From the NCBI RefSeq assembly GCF_964355755.1, contig NC_092675.1:14914912-14978911 (forward strand): DNA of 64,000 nt. Reading direction: 5' to 3'. Origin of the DNA: Antedon mediterranea (Eukaryota > Animalia > Echinodermata). Of the stretch, positions 1 through 12,325 are shown piece after piece. The position numbers and the translations under genes are program-made. The notes under the pieces were generated by a model. It did not search any database. It was not told the origin of the DNA and saw only the letters and a list, made by a program, of their open reading frames with translations. The stretch's first letter is position 1. Each line of letters opens with the position of its first letter.

Positions 1-550
1 GGCGTTTTTTGTAAGAAATATTTCTTGTTTAAACGGATAATGAGCTAGCGTTTTCACTCGCCGTATATTATGTACAAATCGTTATTATTGCAGTTAATTC
101 ACCCTTCCCTCACTGGCATGAGTAGCGTTGTAAAACCAGTAGAGGATAGGCCTACGGTACATCACATGCCCTAAACGCAGAACAACTTTGGTGGGTAGGG
201 TAGGAACCAACCAACCAAAGAAACAATTGAAAACCATTAGGCCTACTAATTAAGTTGAGTTAGATAGTTTAATATTTATTGACGATTAAATCGAATTTAT
301 GATTTTCCCCGAATAGAGGTGGTTTTCACAAATTGTTTTACATTATATAATAATAATAATAATAGGATTTTTATAGCGCACATACCACTCAAGAGTGCTC
401 AAGGCACATATAAACATATACACGTCGTAGTGATGTATCGTTACATGTACTGTGCTATTTCAATCGACTAGGACGGTGACAACAAACAAAGTATTACATC
501 GCAATGTTTTACTGTGTTTAGTGGTATATTATGTGTAAAACACAAAAACA

Positions 551-912
551 ATAATAATAATAACTGGTACTTGATATATCGCATTATGCTGAAAGCCTCA
601 ATGCGCTTTACAAAGACAGAAAAAATTTAGAAAATTACAAATTAAAAAGGTGGGTTTTGAGGAGAGATTTGAAGACACTGCACTGGTGGAAGTAGCCTGA
701 CGGATTTCAATAGGCAACGCATTCCATAGAGAAACGGATGTCGAAGAAAATGAACGATTTCCATAAAACTTAGTGGATGGAAGGATGCATTAATATATGG
801 GCAAGAAGAGACTCAGATCTAGATCTCAGAGACCGCTTAGGAACATAAGGTTGAATAAGTTCAATTAATATTTCGTTACTAAATGAATAAAGAATATATT
901 TAAAAATTGTTC
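551..912 (-). mobile_element. 3' fragment of an L2/CR1-group LINE with (TTA)n tail
   Basis: Minus strand reads ...IQPYVPKRSLRS..., GNRSFS...LWNALPIEIRQ...FKSLLKTHLF, the typical L2 ORF2 C-terminus. A short 3' UTR and (TTA)n tail follow near 551. Confidence 0.8.
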
Positions 913-2252
913 CTCTTTGCACCCATCCTCTTCCCCATCCCTCAACCCTAATGTTACATACAAAGCATAAATTAAGTTTGTTTAAATTTGACTTAAACAA
1001 TAATGGTCTCATTTTGTGACAAGTTTCTCTTTCGGAAGTAATTCCCAGTGTGCTAATTTTAGTTGAGTACATAAATCACAGTGTCTATTTATGTATTATT
1101 GTCCTGCGGTACGTACATTTGAAATCGCCAGTTTTTTAACGCTGAAATTATTATGTATTCGAGAACCATCTGTGGGCACGACCTAGATGGTACGCGAGCG
1201 AAGCGAGCGTACCATCTAGTAAATCAAATTTACTTAAATGACAAAAGTTGCTTATTTATAATTTTCTCAAATATTTTACTAAATTGTTGCAAATTGATGG
1301 CAGATCTTTTTTAAATAATGGAAATACCTTGCTTTTTTTAAGTCATCAAGATTCCAGTAGATAGAACAAATTAATTATATAAGTAAAAGTATTTATAATT
1401 TATAATTAATTATTCGTTAAGAAGTGTAGGCTTGCTATTCTGTTGGAGTTCCAGGAGTTGGTCAAATTTCTGTTTGGTTAATATAGGCCTAAACAAAAAC
1501 CGATTTAGCCTAGCCCTAGGTACATAAAAAAACAACCATGTTTTCTATTGTTAACGTTTAGGTGGACACATCATCTGATTTATTTTTTTACTAATAGGCC
1601 TATTTTCATATGTGAAAGATATTCATATTATATAATTCCTTGATAAGAAAGTCCATTAATTTCTGTTCATATCACATAATCCACGCACCTAAAACACTGC
1701 CCATCACCTCATGTGTTATCTCCATGGTTCCATGAGAGATTTTGACACCAAGATAGCAAAACATCTGGTGGAGTGCATTAATTACGGGGGTGTCTTTCTT
1801 TTAATAAAATTGTTGTCCAAAAAATGTATTTTATTTTATTTATTTTTTCAATTTATTTCGATCAAAATCAACATAGTGTGTAATTATACAAAAAAAATAA
1901 AAGTTACAACAAAATATAATTTGCTACCTCCCTAAACAGGCAATCGCATAATCTGAAATCATGTGACTGACCATTTGACTAATCCACTGGGTTTAATGTG
2001 TGCTGTGAAGAAGCTTCCAATGTTAACAATGCATGGATGACTGGCTGGCACATGGTTTACTGTGCTCTTAGTATTTCCACCTGGCTGGGTTTTGAAATAC
2101 ATGTATTGACTTGGATTTTCTATGGAAATGGTTAAAATAACGAATAAACAAAAGGAGGCGGCTCCCAAAAAGCAGGCGGCCCCCAAAAAGGAGGCGATTT
2201 AACATGGCAACCCATCTTGGCAAAATGGCATCTAAATGCTGAATTAGGAAAA

Positions 2253-2340
2253 GCCATACTGCGTTGAAACACAGGTTCTCGTCAGATAACCGAAGTTAAG
2301 CAACGTTGGGCTTGGTTTCATTCTGGATGGGAGACCGTCT
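2253..2340 (+). pseudogene. 5S rRNA-derived sequence (SINE head)
   Basis: GCCATACTGCGTTGAAACACAGGTTCTCGTCAGATAACCGAAGTTAAGCAACGTTGGGCTTGGTT..CTGGATGGGAGACCG aligns with invertebrate 5S rRNA including the internal promoter region. The 5S 3' end is missing. Confidence 0.85.
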
Positions 2341-2610
2341 ATATAGAGAGACATGGACAGAGAGTGATGATGTAATGATAATATCGGACTAGCATGTGAT
2401 AGGCATGGGTTCAAGTTTATCTATCACCATACTAATTGCATCCAATAGGCTAGATGCTTTACTCTTTTTGCCTCATCCTTCGGATGGGATGTAAGCCGAT
2501 TGCTCCCAGTGTGCTGATTTTGTAGGCACTGCTGGCTGCCGGGGAGTCCGAATTTACTCAGTTTCCAGTTAAGCTTGAGGACCAGCATAATGCATTTAAC
2601 ATTTATTTAT
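2253..2610 (+). mobile_element. Composite SINE: 5S head + tRNA-like segment + CORE-like and Deu/Nin-like body + AT-rich tail
   Basis: After the 5S part come a degenerate A box (TGATGTAATGAT) and B box (GGTTCAAGT) ending TCACCA (~2363-2429), then GCATCC..GGCTAGATGCTTTACTC..TTGCCTC and CCTTCGGATGGGATGTAAGCCG. Confidence 0.65.
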
Positions 2611-2651
2611 TTTTATTTGTAATTGGCATAATTTCTTTATAATTTTTCAAG

Positions 2652-2760
2652 GCAATTTGTCAAATTTTGCAAGATCATATTCTACCAGATCTTAAGTTGT
2701 GGCAGTTTTATCAAGTTGATGTTTCTAAAATTGTTGACAACTTTGTGGCACATGTCAAAG
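2652..2760 (+). CDS. AGL: AGL exon (1st in window): AICQILQDHILPDLKLWQFYQVDVSKIVDNFVAHVK
   Basis: AG at 2650-2651, GT at 2761; similar to human IFPKLKLWEFFQVDV. Confidence 0.9.
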
Positions 2761-2899
2761 GTCAGAAAGACATTTTACAAGTAAATAACAAATGAAAATA
2801 GCTTAATATTAATAATAATTAAATGTATAGTATGGATACCGAGTATTTACTTTAAACATAAGTATTGTTTCTTATCTGCATTGCTTTTTTCTTTAAAAG

Positions 2900-3029
2900 A
2901 TATTCAATATACAAATGAAGAAGATGCTATGGATACAAGCAAAGTTATCATCATACAAGATCCAACATTTAAAAGACTTGGCTCCACAGTTGATATGGAC
3001 ATTGTTGTCAAATCATTCCATATTAAAAG
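2900..3029 (+). CDS. AGL: AGL exon 2 in window: ...IIIQDPTFKRLGSTVDMD...
   Basis: AG/GT boundaries, phase 1 to 2; similar to human TIIQDPEYRRFGCTVDM. Confidence 0.9.
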
Positions 3030-3296
3030 GTAATATCATGGCCAGATGTTTTGTGCACATTGCCTGCCTCAAATTTATCACCAAAATTATCCAGTAACAA
3101 TAATTTCAAATCAACTAAGATAAATGAGTTTTTTCACTATATATCTTGTACAGTAATACATTTTGATTAATGTAATGTAAAACTTTCTTTAATGTTTTTT
3201 GTGATAGATTAGCATCTTCATTTATATGGTTTTTTGCACAATATTGTTTATCTTGAACTTTAAAAGTGACTTTTTGTATATTATATTTATATTTAG

Positions 3297-3497
3297 ATCA
3301 TCAGAGAATGATATCTTGGAAAATCAATCTAAATTGAAATTGCATTTAGGAGGACTAAATAGAGAGGCAGAAAACAAAGTTAAAGAGGACTTGCAATTGA
3401 CTGTGAATAATGTGATGTCACAAGTATATTATCATTTTGTTGACCCTAAGGGTCCATGTGTTGGCAAGGTTACTGATGAACATATGCTTGTTCCAAA
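3297..3497 (+). CDS. AGL: AGL exon 3 in window
   Basis: AG/GT boundaries, phase 2 to 2; DPKGPCVGKVTDEHMLVP similar to human HGPKLGPVTRKHPLV. Confidence 0.9.
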
Positions 3498-3548
3498 GTA
3501 AAGTTTGTCTTTTTATTTGATACAAGCATAAATACCCGCTGTATTTAA

Positions 3549-3832
3549 AGCCTGTTTTCCACAAGGCGAATTTGTTTGCGCGAATTGAAAAATGTATATA
3601 CTTATACTTATACGCATGCATATTTACCTTTTTGATCTTCCAAATTCCTTTTGTTTTTTGCTTCAGCGAAATTGTAGTTCAAATTGTTTCTACTTTTTGC
3701 AAAACAAAAGAACTGTGCAACTAATCAGTGCTCATAAAATGAAAATCGCAGCTATCGCTCTTGTAGTGATATTTTTTTTTTCTGAGACCCACGGGATTCA
3801 CGCAAATACATTCGCCTAGTGGAAAACAGGCT
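3549..3832. mobile_element. Harbinger/Tourist-type MITE
   Basis: TIR AGCCTGTTTTCCAC(A/T)AGGCGAA at both ends; 3-bp TSD TAA (3546-3548, 3833-3835). Confidence 0.85.
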
Positions 3833-4924
3833 TAAAACATTCCCTACAATTAATGTCATTTTTTCCAATAGTAATTATTTGTATGTAATGGACAGTAGTA
3901 CAAACTCTTTTTCTTATAGTAAGTACATCCTACAATAAAAAGATATTTTAAACACATAAAGTTTCTGGCTGAGAAAAATTACAAATTAGTTTTACCCTCA
4001 ATTGCTTGTTAGCAAATTTATATTTCCTATTTCACTAGGTAAATTATGCAATATTTTGCAAGATGCTTACAAACTCTTGAATATATTCTTTAAATAAAGC
4101 TCAAATTGATATACTGTAGAAACATTGCAAATAGCTAGTAAAATTCTTAGTACAAATATACTCTTAGTCTAAAAACACACTGCCTGCAACCTTACAGTAT
4201 ATGGTGAACTGGGTTGGTTCCCAATAAATGCACACGATGGTACATATGGAATCATATCGTTGGATTCAAATTATTTGTAATCAGAATGATTTTCGGTTTA
4301 AATTTTTAACTTGTTTACACACTACTTTTTCTAAATATGAATTAGATTATTTGTTTTAAGAGAATTGTAACACGATTGATAACCCACTGTAGATCTGACC
4401 AGCTTTATGTTTTCTAGGATTAAAGGTGTTATCTTGAAAAGGAGAAGGGAAAGCAACAATGAAAATTCTTTGTTTTTAAATCCTGTATTACTTTTTTTTA
4501 TTTATATATATTTTGTACATAATTTAATTTAATATTCTTTGTAAATAGGCCTATTTTTTTGCTTAAACTTTTATTTTACTTACTCTGGACGCACCTCCAC
4601 TGTTTCAACAGTGTAGCTTCCAAATAAATATTATTATTTAAATATTATTCTTATTTATTCTGCACTTATACTGAATAACAGTTTCATTGATATAGCAACA
4701 GTTTTTAAAAGAATGTATTTATAGTTTATTACATAGTCATTTGAGAATTGTTTTCATAATTTTGTTGTGATCGGTTTACAAAAGTTATTTTACCTTGTAT
4801 ACTTATACTTTGACTAATGTAGACTTGGAATAATAATCGACTGCATGCAGTACAACATAGAAAATCATTAACTGGATAATGTAATAATAAAATCCCTTAA
4901 TGCTACAACTTTGTCTCTTTGCAG

Positions 4925-5243
4925 ATATTTTCTATATGAAGATGAACATGTTGACTTTAATGAAAGTATTCTAGAAAATGTTGGTGCTTGTAGATTTCAT
5001 GTTCATCATGGCTGGATAATGGGTGACAGTTCCGGGCAAGATTTTGCATCACCTAACTCTAAGGCCTACTTTCGCCGAGAAGTAATTGTCTGGGGTGACA
5101 GTGTAAAACTACGTTATGGCAAGAAACCTACCGACTGTCCATTTCTTTGGAATCATATGTTGAAATATACTGAAATGAATGCTAAGATCTTCCATGGATT
5201 CAGGATTGATAATTGCCATAGCACTCCTATACATGTTGCTGAG
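4925..5243 (+). CDS. AGL: AGL exon 4 in window; contains catalytic nucleophile (RIDNCHS)
   Basis: RREVIVWGDSVKLRYG...GFRIDNCHSTPIHVAE; cag acceptor, gtattg donor. Confidence 0.97.
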
Positions 5244-7236
5244 GTATTGTATATTATCAATTTAGGCAAAGTATTCCATCACAGTTGCCCTTTTAGACTG
5301 ATTCTGATTCACAACATCGAGTATTTTAATATGGAGAGATGATAATGATCCAACCACTTCGGTATTATCCGATTTGTATGTGAATAAGAAGTATTAATAA
5401 GTTATCCAGTTTTAGCAAGTAACAATGGTTGTAATTGTCAATTAATTGGTAGATATACTGTACTAATTTCTTTTTAATTGTTATTGTGGTCAAATTTGGT
5501 CTGTGATTTTAGTAGTATTATTTCTCTATTCTAAAATGTGTTTTGTTTTTTTCAATAGGCTTTTAAAAATTTCTCTTATAGTTCAATTATCTATATTTTA
5601 ATGCTACTAAATTTTTTTCATAATCTTACTCCTACGAAGCCGCTGAATGGCACATGCTCTTTATGGCACACTGATGTGTATTGAGAGGCCGCACACAATA
5701 TGCTATATCACTTAACTGTTTTAAGGATAAACATTAAAAAATAGGCAAAAAATAACAGTAATTTGACATTTTTTCGTGAGTTATGTCACGTATCACTATC
5801 AGTAACCTCCTTTGTTGTGTACCGCCATGGCCGGATCTACAAATACCATGCGGGGCCGCCAAATTAAAACAGTGTTTAGTCTCAGCAGCCAGTCAACCGT
5901 ATCAAATGATCACGTCGTTGAAGTTTTAATTAATTAAACCTATCCTTTAAACAGAATGATTTTCGTTCTAGTTCTAATCCGCGATATGTGTAAATAATAA
6001 GTATCACCTCTTCAAAACTAGACAACAGTGTAATTACAAAAATTAGCAAAAAAGATACGAAACCTCATGCAAAAAAATGGCAAAATATAAAAAACATTTG
6101 AAGTAAAAAAAAACACATGCACACAAATAAAATGAATCCAAATGGGTGTCGTTTTTCCACATAATACAAGATATAAACAAAAAATACAATTTGTGTCTGA
6201 GCACATCATCTAATTTCGACTTGTTTACTTTTTATGTTGATTTCAAAGTCCGTAAAGCAGCTGTAGTTTTATTATTCCAATACTTCATATCTTAATTCTA
6301 TAACCTAATTCATATCTTATCATAAAATGTTTTAATCTGCCGATTGTCAAACTTCAACGTGCATGTCTCACTCATGCACCTTGTCACTTTCTGATGCCAA
6401 CCTAGATTAATATTCACACAGCGCAAAGTCCCATATCCAGTATGGCACTTTTATTATACTTAATCATCCCATGCAAATTATTATTAAGGCAGACAAGACT
6501 GTGTGGAGCACGGGTTACTGCTAGACCACAATTTAATTACAAAAGTAGCAAATCTCCCCAAAAATAATTGCAAAATATCAAAACCATTGAAATGAAAAAA
6601 AAATGTAAATGTAATGTAATGCAGCATTTATATAGCGCTATTTCATGAAGATCAGTGCGCTGGACTTAGATGTTACACCTTTTCAACAACATTCCTCTCC
6701 CCTAATGGTCACATTATACTTATTGTTAGTGTTTCCCGCATCATCTAATTCACACAGCACAATTTTTCTTTAGCGTCTTTTATTTTCGTAAAGTCTGAAC
6801 AGTCAAAAGTAAAGTCTAAAGTTCCATCCAGTATTGCTTTTATTTTTTAGCTTACAGATATTTTAAAGTGAAGGGATAACGATTTGTTGACAATTTGTTT
6901 TTTTTTTAAATAATTTGTCAGAGAACCACATAAGGCACTGCTAGTGTTATAATTATTCAGTGATGCCACAAGTTGACACTCGTGTGAAATGGGTTTTGTT
7001 CTTTGTTATTACAAAGTGACCCTAATGTTTTTTACTCTTTAATAATCAACAAGATTATAATTAAACTACATCCATCATTAACTTACAGGCTGTAAATAAA
7101 AAAAAATGACAATCTCTGTTTTGTGAAGCTATCTACTTACTTAAACTATAGTACGTGGTTAGCCTTTCAGATTGGTCCATTGATTCATTATCTTTTTGTT
7201 GCTACCAAAGGTTTTAGCAAACTAGCCAAGGTAACA

Positions 7237-8018
7237 GGGTGTCTAGAAAACTCAGATCTAGAAAACTCAGATATCTGACTTTTCTAGATCTAGAAAACTC
7301 AGATATCTGAGTTTTCTAGTTCCAAAATGAAACTAGAAAACCCAGATCATCAAATGAATTGTTCCATTATTAATAAAGGGTAGCTTGTTTGAAATACTAC
7401 AGTATTATACGTTTTCTTATTAATAATAATAATTATTGTAACGTATAGTAGCAGCCTACGACTTAAATCATAAAGAAATACAGTATACACCTTTTAAAAT
7501 GTAGGCTTAGCATTTAGGCCTAGCCTAGCTAAGCAAACTCAATTCAAGGTACGACGTGTGGGCGCTGTCGCGATGTATTGCGAAGAGTAGGCCTGGCCGT
7601 ACTAGGCTAGAAGTGGTCAACTCGTACCCAAAATAACTCGTACCTATTCTCAACTTGGCTAATTCATACCTCAACCAACCATACCTAATTTTTAAGCCTA
7701 CATTTTAACGGTAACATGCACTGTATTTTCTTTATGATTTAAGCTGTATGCCGCTTCTACATGTTACAATATTAGTACATAGTAATCAGTTTTAATAATA
7801 CTCTAGTTTTTCAAATGACAGACCTACCTTCTGATTAATAATGGAATGATCCAAATGACCTACCAACCGATCATTTGATGAGTTTTCTAGTTCCATTCTG
7901 GAACTAGAAAAGTCAGATATTGATATCTGAGTTTTTAGATCTAGAAAAGTCAGATATCTGAGTTTTCTAGATCTAGAAAACTAGAAAACTCAGATATATC
8001 TGAGTTTTCTAGACACCC
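7237..8018. mobile_element. Mutator/MULE-like foldback MITE
   Basis: GGGTGTCTAGAAAACTCAG...CTGAGTTTTCTAGACACCC termini built of CTAGAAAACTCAGAT repeats. Exact 9-bp TSD AAGGTAACA (7228-7236, 8019-8027). Internal arms (~7400-7510 vs ~7690-7790) are also inverted. Confidence 0.9.
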
Positions 8019-8115
8019 AAGGTAACAATATAAATGTGCTTGTTTGTTCATCATTTATACTAATTTTAATTTATTGATCTTTTCCCTTTATTCAAATCTT
8101 CTTTTATGTTGATAG

Positions 8116-8239
8116 TATCTGTTAGATGCAGCTCGTCGTATTCGACCTGACCTTTATGTCATTGCTGAACTATTTACAGACTCTGAACAGATGGACAATA
8201 CCTATGTTAATAGACTTGGTATTAATTCACTTATTAGAG
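8116..8239 (+). CDS. AGL: AGL exon 5 in window; contains catalytic acid/base Glu (IAELF)
   Basis: [41 protein letters not shown]; AG/GT boundaries; not in the ORF track. Confidence 0.96.
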
Positions 8240-8465
8240 GTTAGTCAAATATTGAAAAATTAAAGATTCTGTATTTTATGTTTATTTTGATAAAGCAATG
8301 TATCAACCAAAACAATTGATGTACTGTATAGATTGATAAAATAATTAAAACTGTACACTGTCACTGTGTGTTTTTGCTGTACACTAGACCTTCCGAAACA
8401 TATGACCATTGTGCAAGTTTATTAAGGCTAGATATGAATGTTGGGCTATCCTGATTGTTCATTAC

Positions 8466-8467
<2 letters not shown>

Positions 8468-8500
<33 letters not shown>
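8468..8500 (+). repeat. (AAT)11 microsatellite just upstream of the exon 6 acceptor
   Basis: Direct reading. Confidence 0.95.
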
Positions 8501-8520
8501 TATCATTATCATTACTTTAG

Positions 8521-8684
8521 AGGCATTGAATGCCCATGAATCTCATGAGGAAGGCCGTCTAGTGTACCGTTATGGAGGTGACCCTGTTGGCTCATTCTTA
8601 CAACCTCCTATTAGACCTTTGACCCCATCAGTCACTCATGCATTAATGATGGATGTTACCCATGACAACCCATCACCCATAGAG
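8521..8684 (+). CDS. AGL: AGL exon 6 in window; contains third catalytic Asp (VTHDN)
   Basis: [26 protein letters not shown]...[12 protein letters not shown]; tag acceptor, gtaaga donor. Confidence 0.97.
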
Positions 8685-9150
8685 GTAAGACAAATATAAC
8701 ATTTTACCATTCAGACAGAAACTTTTATTACGGTAATTTAAAGCTTAACACTTTTACTGCCAGCCACTCACTTAAGGAAGTACACTTCATCGCCAGATAT
8801 TTTTTCAAATAAGCTTTCCAATAATACTAAATCATTTATTAAAATAATATTCTAAAACCACATGTATATACAAAGAACACTTTTAGCATTTTGCACTCAA
8901 GGCTATAATAGGGTTTTACACTCATACTTGGCTTAGGCTACCGACCATAGACCCGAGTTTTTCTTTTCAATAAACATACATAAATGTCACATAATTATTA
9001 CATTTTATAAATCAAATTTTGATATAAATATACTAAGATCATCTGTGGATAATAAATAATAATAAAAAGCATTTAAAACATTTTTGTGTACATACTGTTT
9101 GTTTCCTGAAGTTTAGTACTATGTTATGAATGATTTATTGATTTATATAG

Positions 9151-9252
9151 AAAAGGTCTGTGTATGATCTGTTACCAAATGCAGGTTTGGTTGCCATGGC
9201 AAACTGTGCTAGTGGTTCAAGCAGAGGCTATGATGAACTTGTACCTCATCAT
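9151..9252 (+). CDS. AGL: AGL exon 7 in window
   Basis: [34 protein letters not shown]; gtaagt donor. Confidence 0.96.
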
Positions 9253-10920
9253 GTAAGTTTAAATTTTTTTATGGACATTTCACAGTCTAATGCTTTAATT
9301 AAAATTGGATTTTTCTTTTTTGGTATTCCTTCTAAAACTTCTTGTTTAATGTATTTAATAATTCACTACTTCTAAAAATAAGAAATGGTATACAAATATT
9401 ATTTGGTTTGTTGTGACATGGTTCAAAATGGTGAACGCAGCAGCTGCGCGCCTCCTCCCAACCCCCTTCCCCTAAATTCTGAGTGGAAAAATATTATTAG
9501 GGCTACTGAATATTGTAGAATATATTTTATAAACTCTATTTTTTATTATAGTATTAAACATCTAATTCACAAACTCATTTTCATTGTGGTTTAAGCGTAT
9601 CTGAACTGTATCCAATTACATGGGCCAAAGCGTGTACAGTAGTTACTAGTAATACGCACTGGTGGTGTCCCTTTGTACGAATTTATTAACATTATAACTC
9701 TATATTTAGAAGTTGGCCCAGCTCACGTTCGTCGATAGTGGGTCATGCTACCTCCACGGACCAATACGTAGTTAAAAGGTTCACAAACACATTTTTAAAC
9801 AAATTTACAAATACTGCTTGACCTGTGCATGAAGTACGTTTTACTGCGTTCATGTAAGTTTTCTATGCTACAATTTATCCTTTTAGTTAGGGCTTGTTAG
9901 CAAATTTTTCTTAATTGCTCTTCAAAATTGCTTACCAATAGCTTTCTTCGTCAAAGTGTTCAGAAACATTGTCTACTAACATATATATACTTATATAAAT
10001 TTGTTCAAATTCAACTCCTAGAGCAAATTGTTGTCCTATATAACAAGAAATTCTCATATATCTCGGTAACTAATATAGGTAAGAGACTTATATTTGGTTT
10101 CAAAATGTTCAATAATATAGACATTTATATTAACTGTAATGGGACATTTTTTCCTAAAATGACCGGAAATATCGTTTTATGACCAATTGATCCTTGACCT
10201 GACCTTATCAGTATCTTGGTAACTACTGGTCATAGATGCCTCAAACTGGTCTCAATTGGTTCAAAATATTCATTTTTATATTTACCCTTATTTTTCACAG
10301 CGGATAACCTAACTCGCATATTGACAAGTTCAAATCTAGTTGGTTACCTGCACTTGGCGGATAACCCCTTGTTATTGTCAGGATTTTTTTTTTTTCTATC
10401 TTATTAGTTATCCGCATTCAGCAGATAACTCCTTGTAATCGTCCTGTTTGTCTTTTATATTGTTCTTCTGTCTTTCTCCTTCATCTAGGTCAATCAACTA
10501 TCTTTCGCATGAGTTGAAAATATTTTAATTTTTATGACGTCATCATGTCTAAAAATGTAAATAACGTGGGTCACTTATTTTCATCTTTACGGTAAATTTC
10601 AATCTGTTATAGCTCATCAGAATAAAAAGTAATAATCGTGGTTAGAATGTTTTCCGGAAGCTATTGGATTGTACAAATTCATGTGAACATGTTTCCATCA
10701 TATGGCAAGTTGAATAAAAAAAGTTGTATTTTCATCTTTTTCGTCATAGTTCATCACATTTAAAAGAGCGCGCATCTATATTTTATGTATTCAAATTTCT
10801 TCTACACGTTAATATGTTGTTGCTGAGATAATTTTCTTCCAAAATTGCTATCTTAGTGTTTCATCTTGATATCCGTCGCCATGTTAAAAATTGGAATAAA
10901 TGGTGGGTCCCGTAATTTCG

Positions 10921-11155
10921 AGTCTAGGACAACTACCCCCTGGACAACTACCACCCTGACAATAACCCCTGGACAATCACCCTCCTAGGACAACTACCCT
11001 CTTAGGACAATAACCCCCTTAGGACAATAACCCCCTAAGACAATTACCCCCTAGGACAATACCCTCTAAGACAACTACCCCCTAGGACAACTACCCCTAG
11101 GACAATTTACCCCTAGGAAAACTACCCTCTAGCTACCCACTAGGAACAACTACAG
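10921..11155 (+). repeat. Degenerate 16-20 bp tandem array (CTAGGACAACTACCCC), probable subterminal arm of a foldback DNA transposon
   Basis: About a dozen GGACAA(C/T)TACCCC units; matching opposite arm not found. Confidence 0.75.
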
Positions 11156-11924
11156 CTTACAATTGGTAACCAAATTAACAAGCTGCTTCTTTTGGTGCTA
11201 ATTGTATTGTAAAATTAAATTGTGTGTAAAGAGGGGACTACGAGGGCGTTGTACCACACTATATATTTAACAATATTTGAGGTAAAATTATTAAAATATC
11301 GACGTATGTACCTAACATTTGTAGTATATTTTGTAATTACTGTAGCGATATTTATTTTGTTTAAACTTCTAGGACAAACTATGAAAAACGATTTCCTCAA
11401 TTGGTGCAGTTAGCTATGTTTTCAAAATAGGAAGACTAAGAAATGTATGAACTGTCAAACGGGGGAGAGAGAGATTGATTTTCAAATCGTCTAATGTAAT
11501 CAATTGATTAATAGTGTAGGTTTTTTTTAAATCTAAAGTCAAATTAGGAGGTTCTGTTCTGTAGAAAACGAATTGGAATACAATGTCATAAACATATGGA
11601 TATAATTATTGTTTAGGTTCTAAAAATGTTTATTGTCCTATTTTTTCAGGAGTGGAGAAAAAATGTAAAAACAAATCAATTTAAGTTCTTCTATGAAGTA
11701 GTTACAGCCAAACCAATATTCCATTATTACTGGACTTAGTAAACGTATAATGTCATTAAACAGCATAACATAAGCTCTTAAAGTAAAACATTTGTTTTGA
11801 AAAAGAAAAGAGAGAACAAAATCGGGCCAATTTTATCGATAATAAGGGGCTGCGCCAGTCCCACTATCTTACAACTTTCCTCTAGTCCAACTGCTATGCC
11901 CCTAGGACAAGTACCCCTCTAGAA

Positions 11925-12325
11925 CAGCAACACTCTCTGAACAACCACATCTTCACCTTAGATTATAATTACAATCTTGTAAAACTTACTGAACTTCAAA
12001 AGATAGGGAGAGCGATTGATCTAAATGAAAAACTGTTTGATTGACTGGTGCAGCTGCTACTGTAGGTAAACTGTATGTTCCTAGATTTATATACGGCATA
12101 AAATAAGCCACCCCTTTATTTTTCAAGAATACCTTTTAATAATTTGATTAATGTAAAAAAACTGCTGACGATATGCATATTAAAAAATTCAAAAGCTTTC
12201 ATATAAGATCAATCACTCTCCCTATGTTTTGAAGTTCAGTAAGTTTTACAAGATCGTAATTATAACCGAAGGTGTAGGTGTCATTATATAGGTGTGGTTG
12301 TTCAGAGGGTGTTCACCTGTTCTAC
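11925..12325. repeat. Inverted repeat with ~110-bp arms (MITE-like)
   Basis: ATTACAATCTTGTAAAACTTACTGAACTTCAAAA.ATAGGGAGAG (~11968-12012) is reverse-complementary to ~12215-12262. Confidence 0.75.

Noticed and set aside
2150-2202. 18-bp repeats translating as KEAAPKKQAAPKKEA (histone H1-like)
   Set aside because: Only three units, immediate stop, no splice context or globular domain.
2253-2340. Functional 5S rRNA gene
   Set aside because: The 3' part and T-run terminator are missing, it is diverged, and it is fused to SINE body sequence.
8409-8520. Poly-isoleucine stretch in an ORF-track peptide
   Set aside because: Translation of the intronic (AAT)n; the real exon starts at 8521.
10921-11155. 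Short repeats resembling a CRISPR array (also 7240-7330 and 49331-49500)
   Set aside because: Units are contiguous with no unique spacers, the context is a eukaryotic intron with no cas genes, and they fit transposon subterminal arrays.
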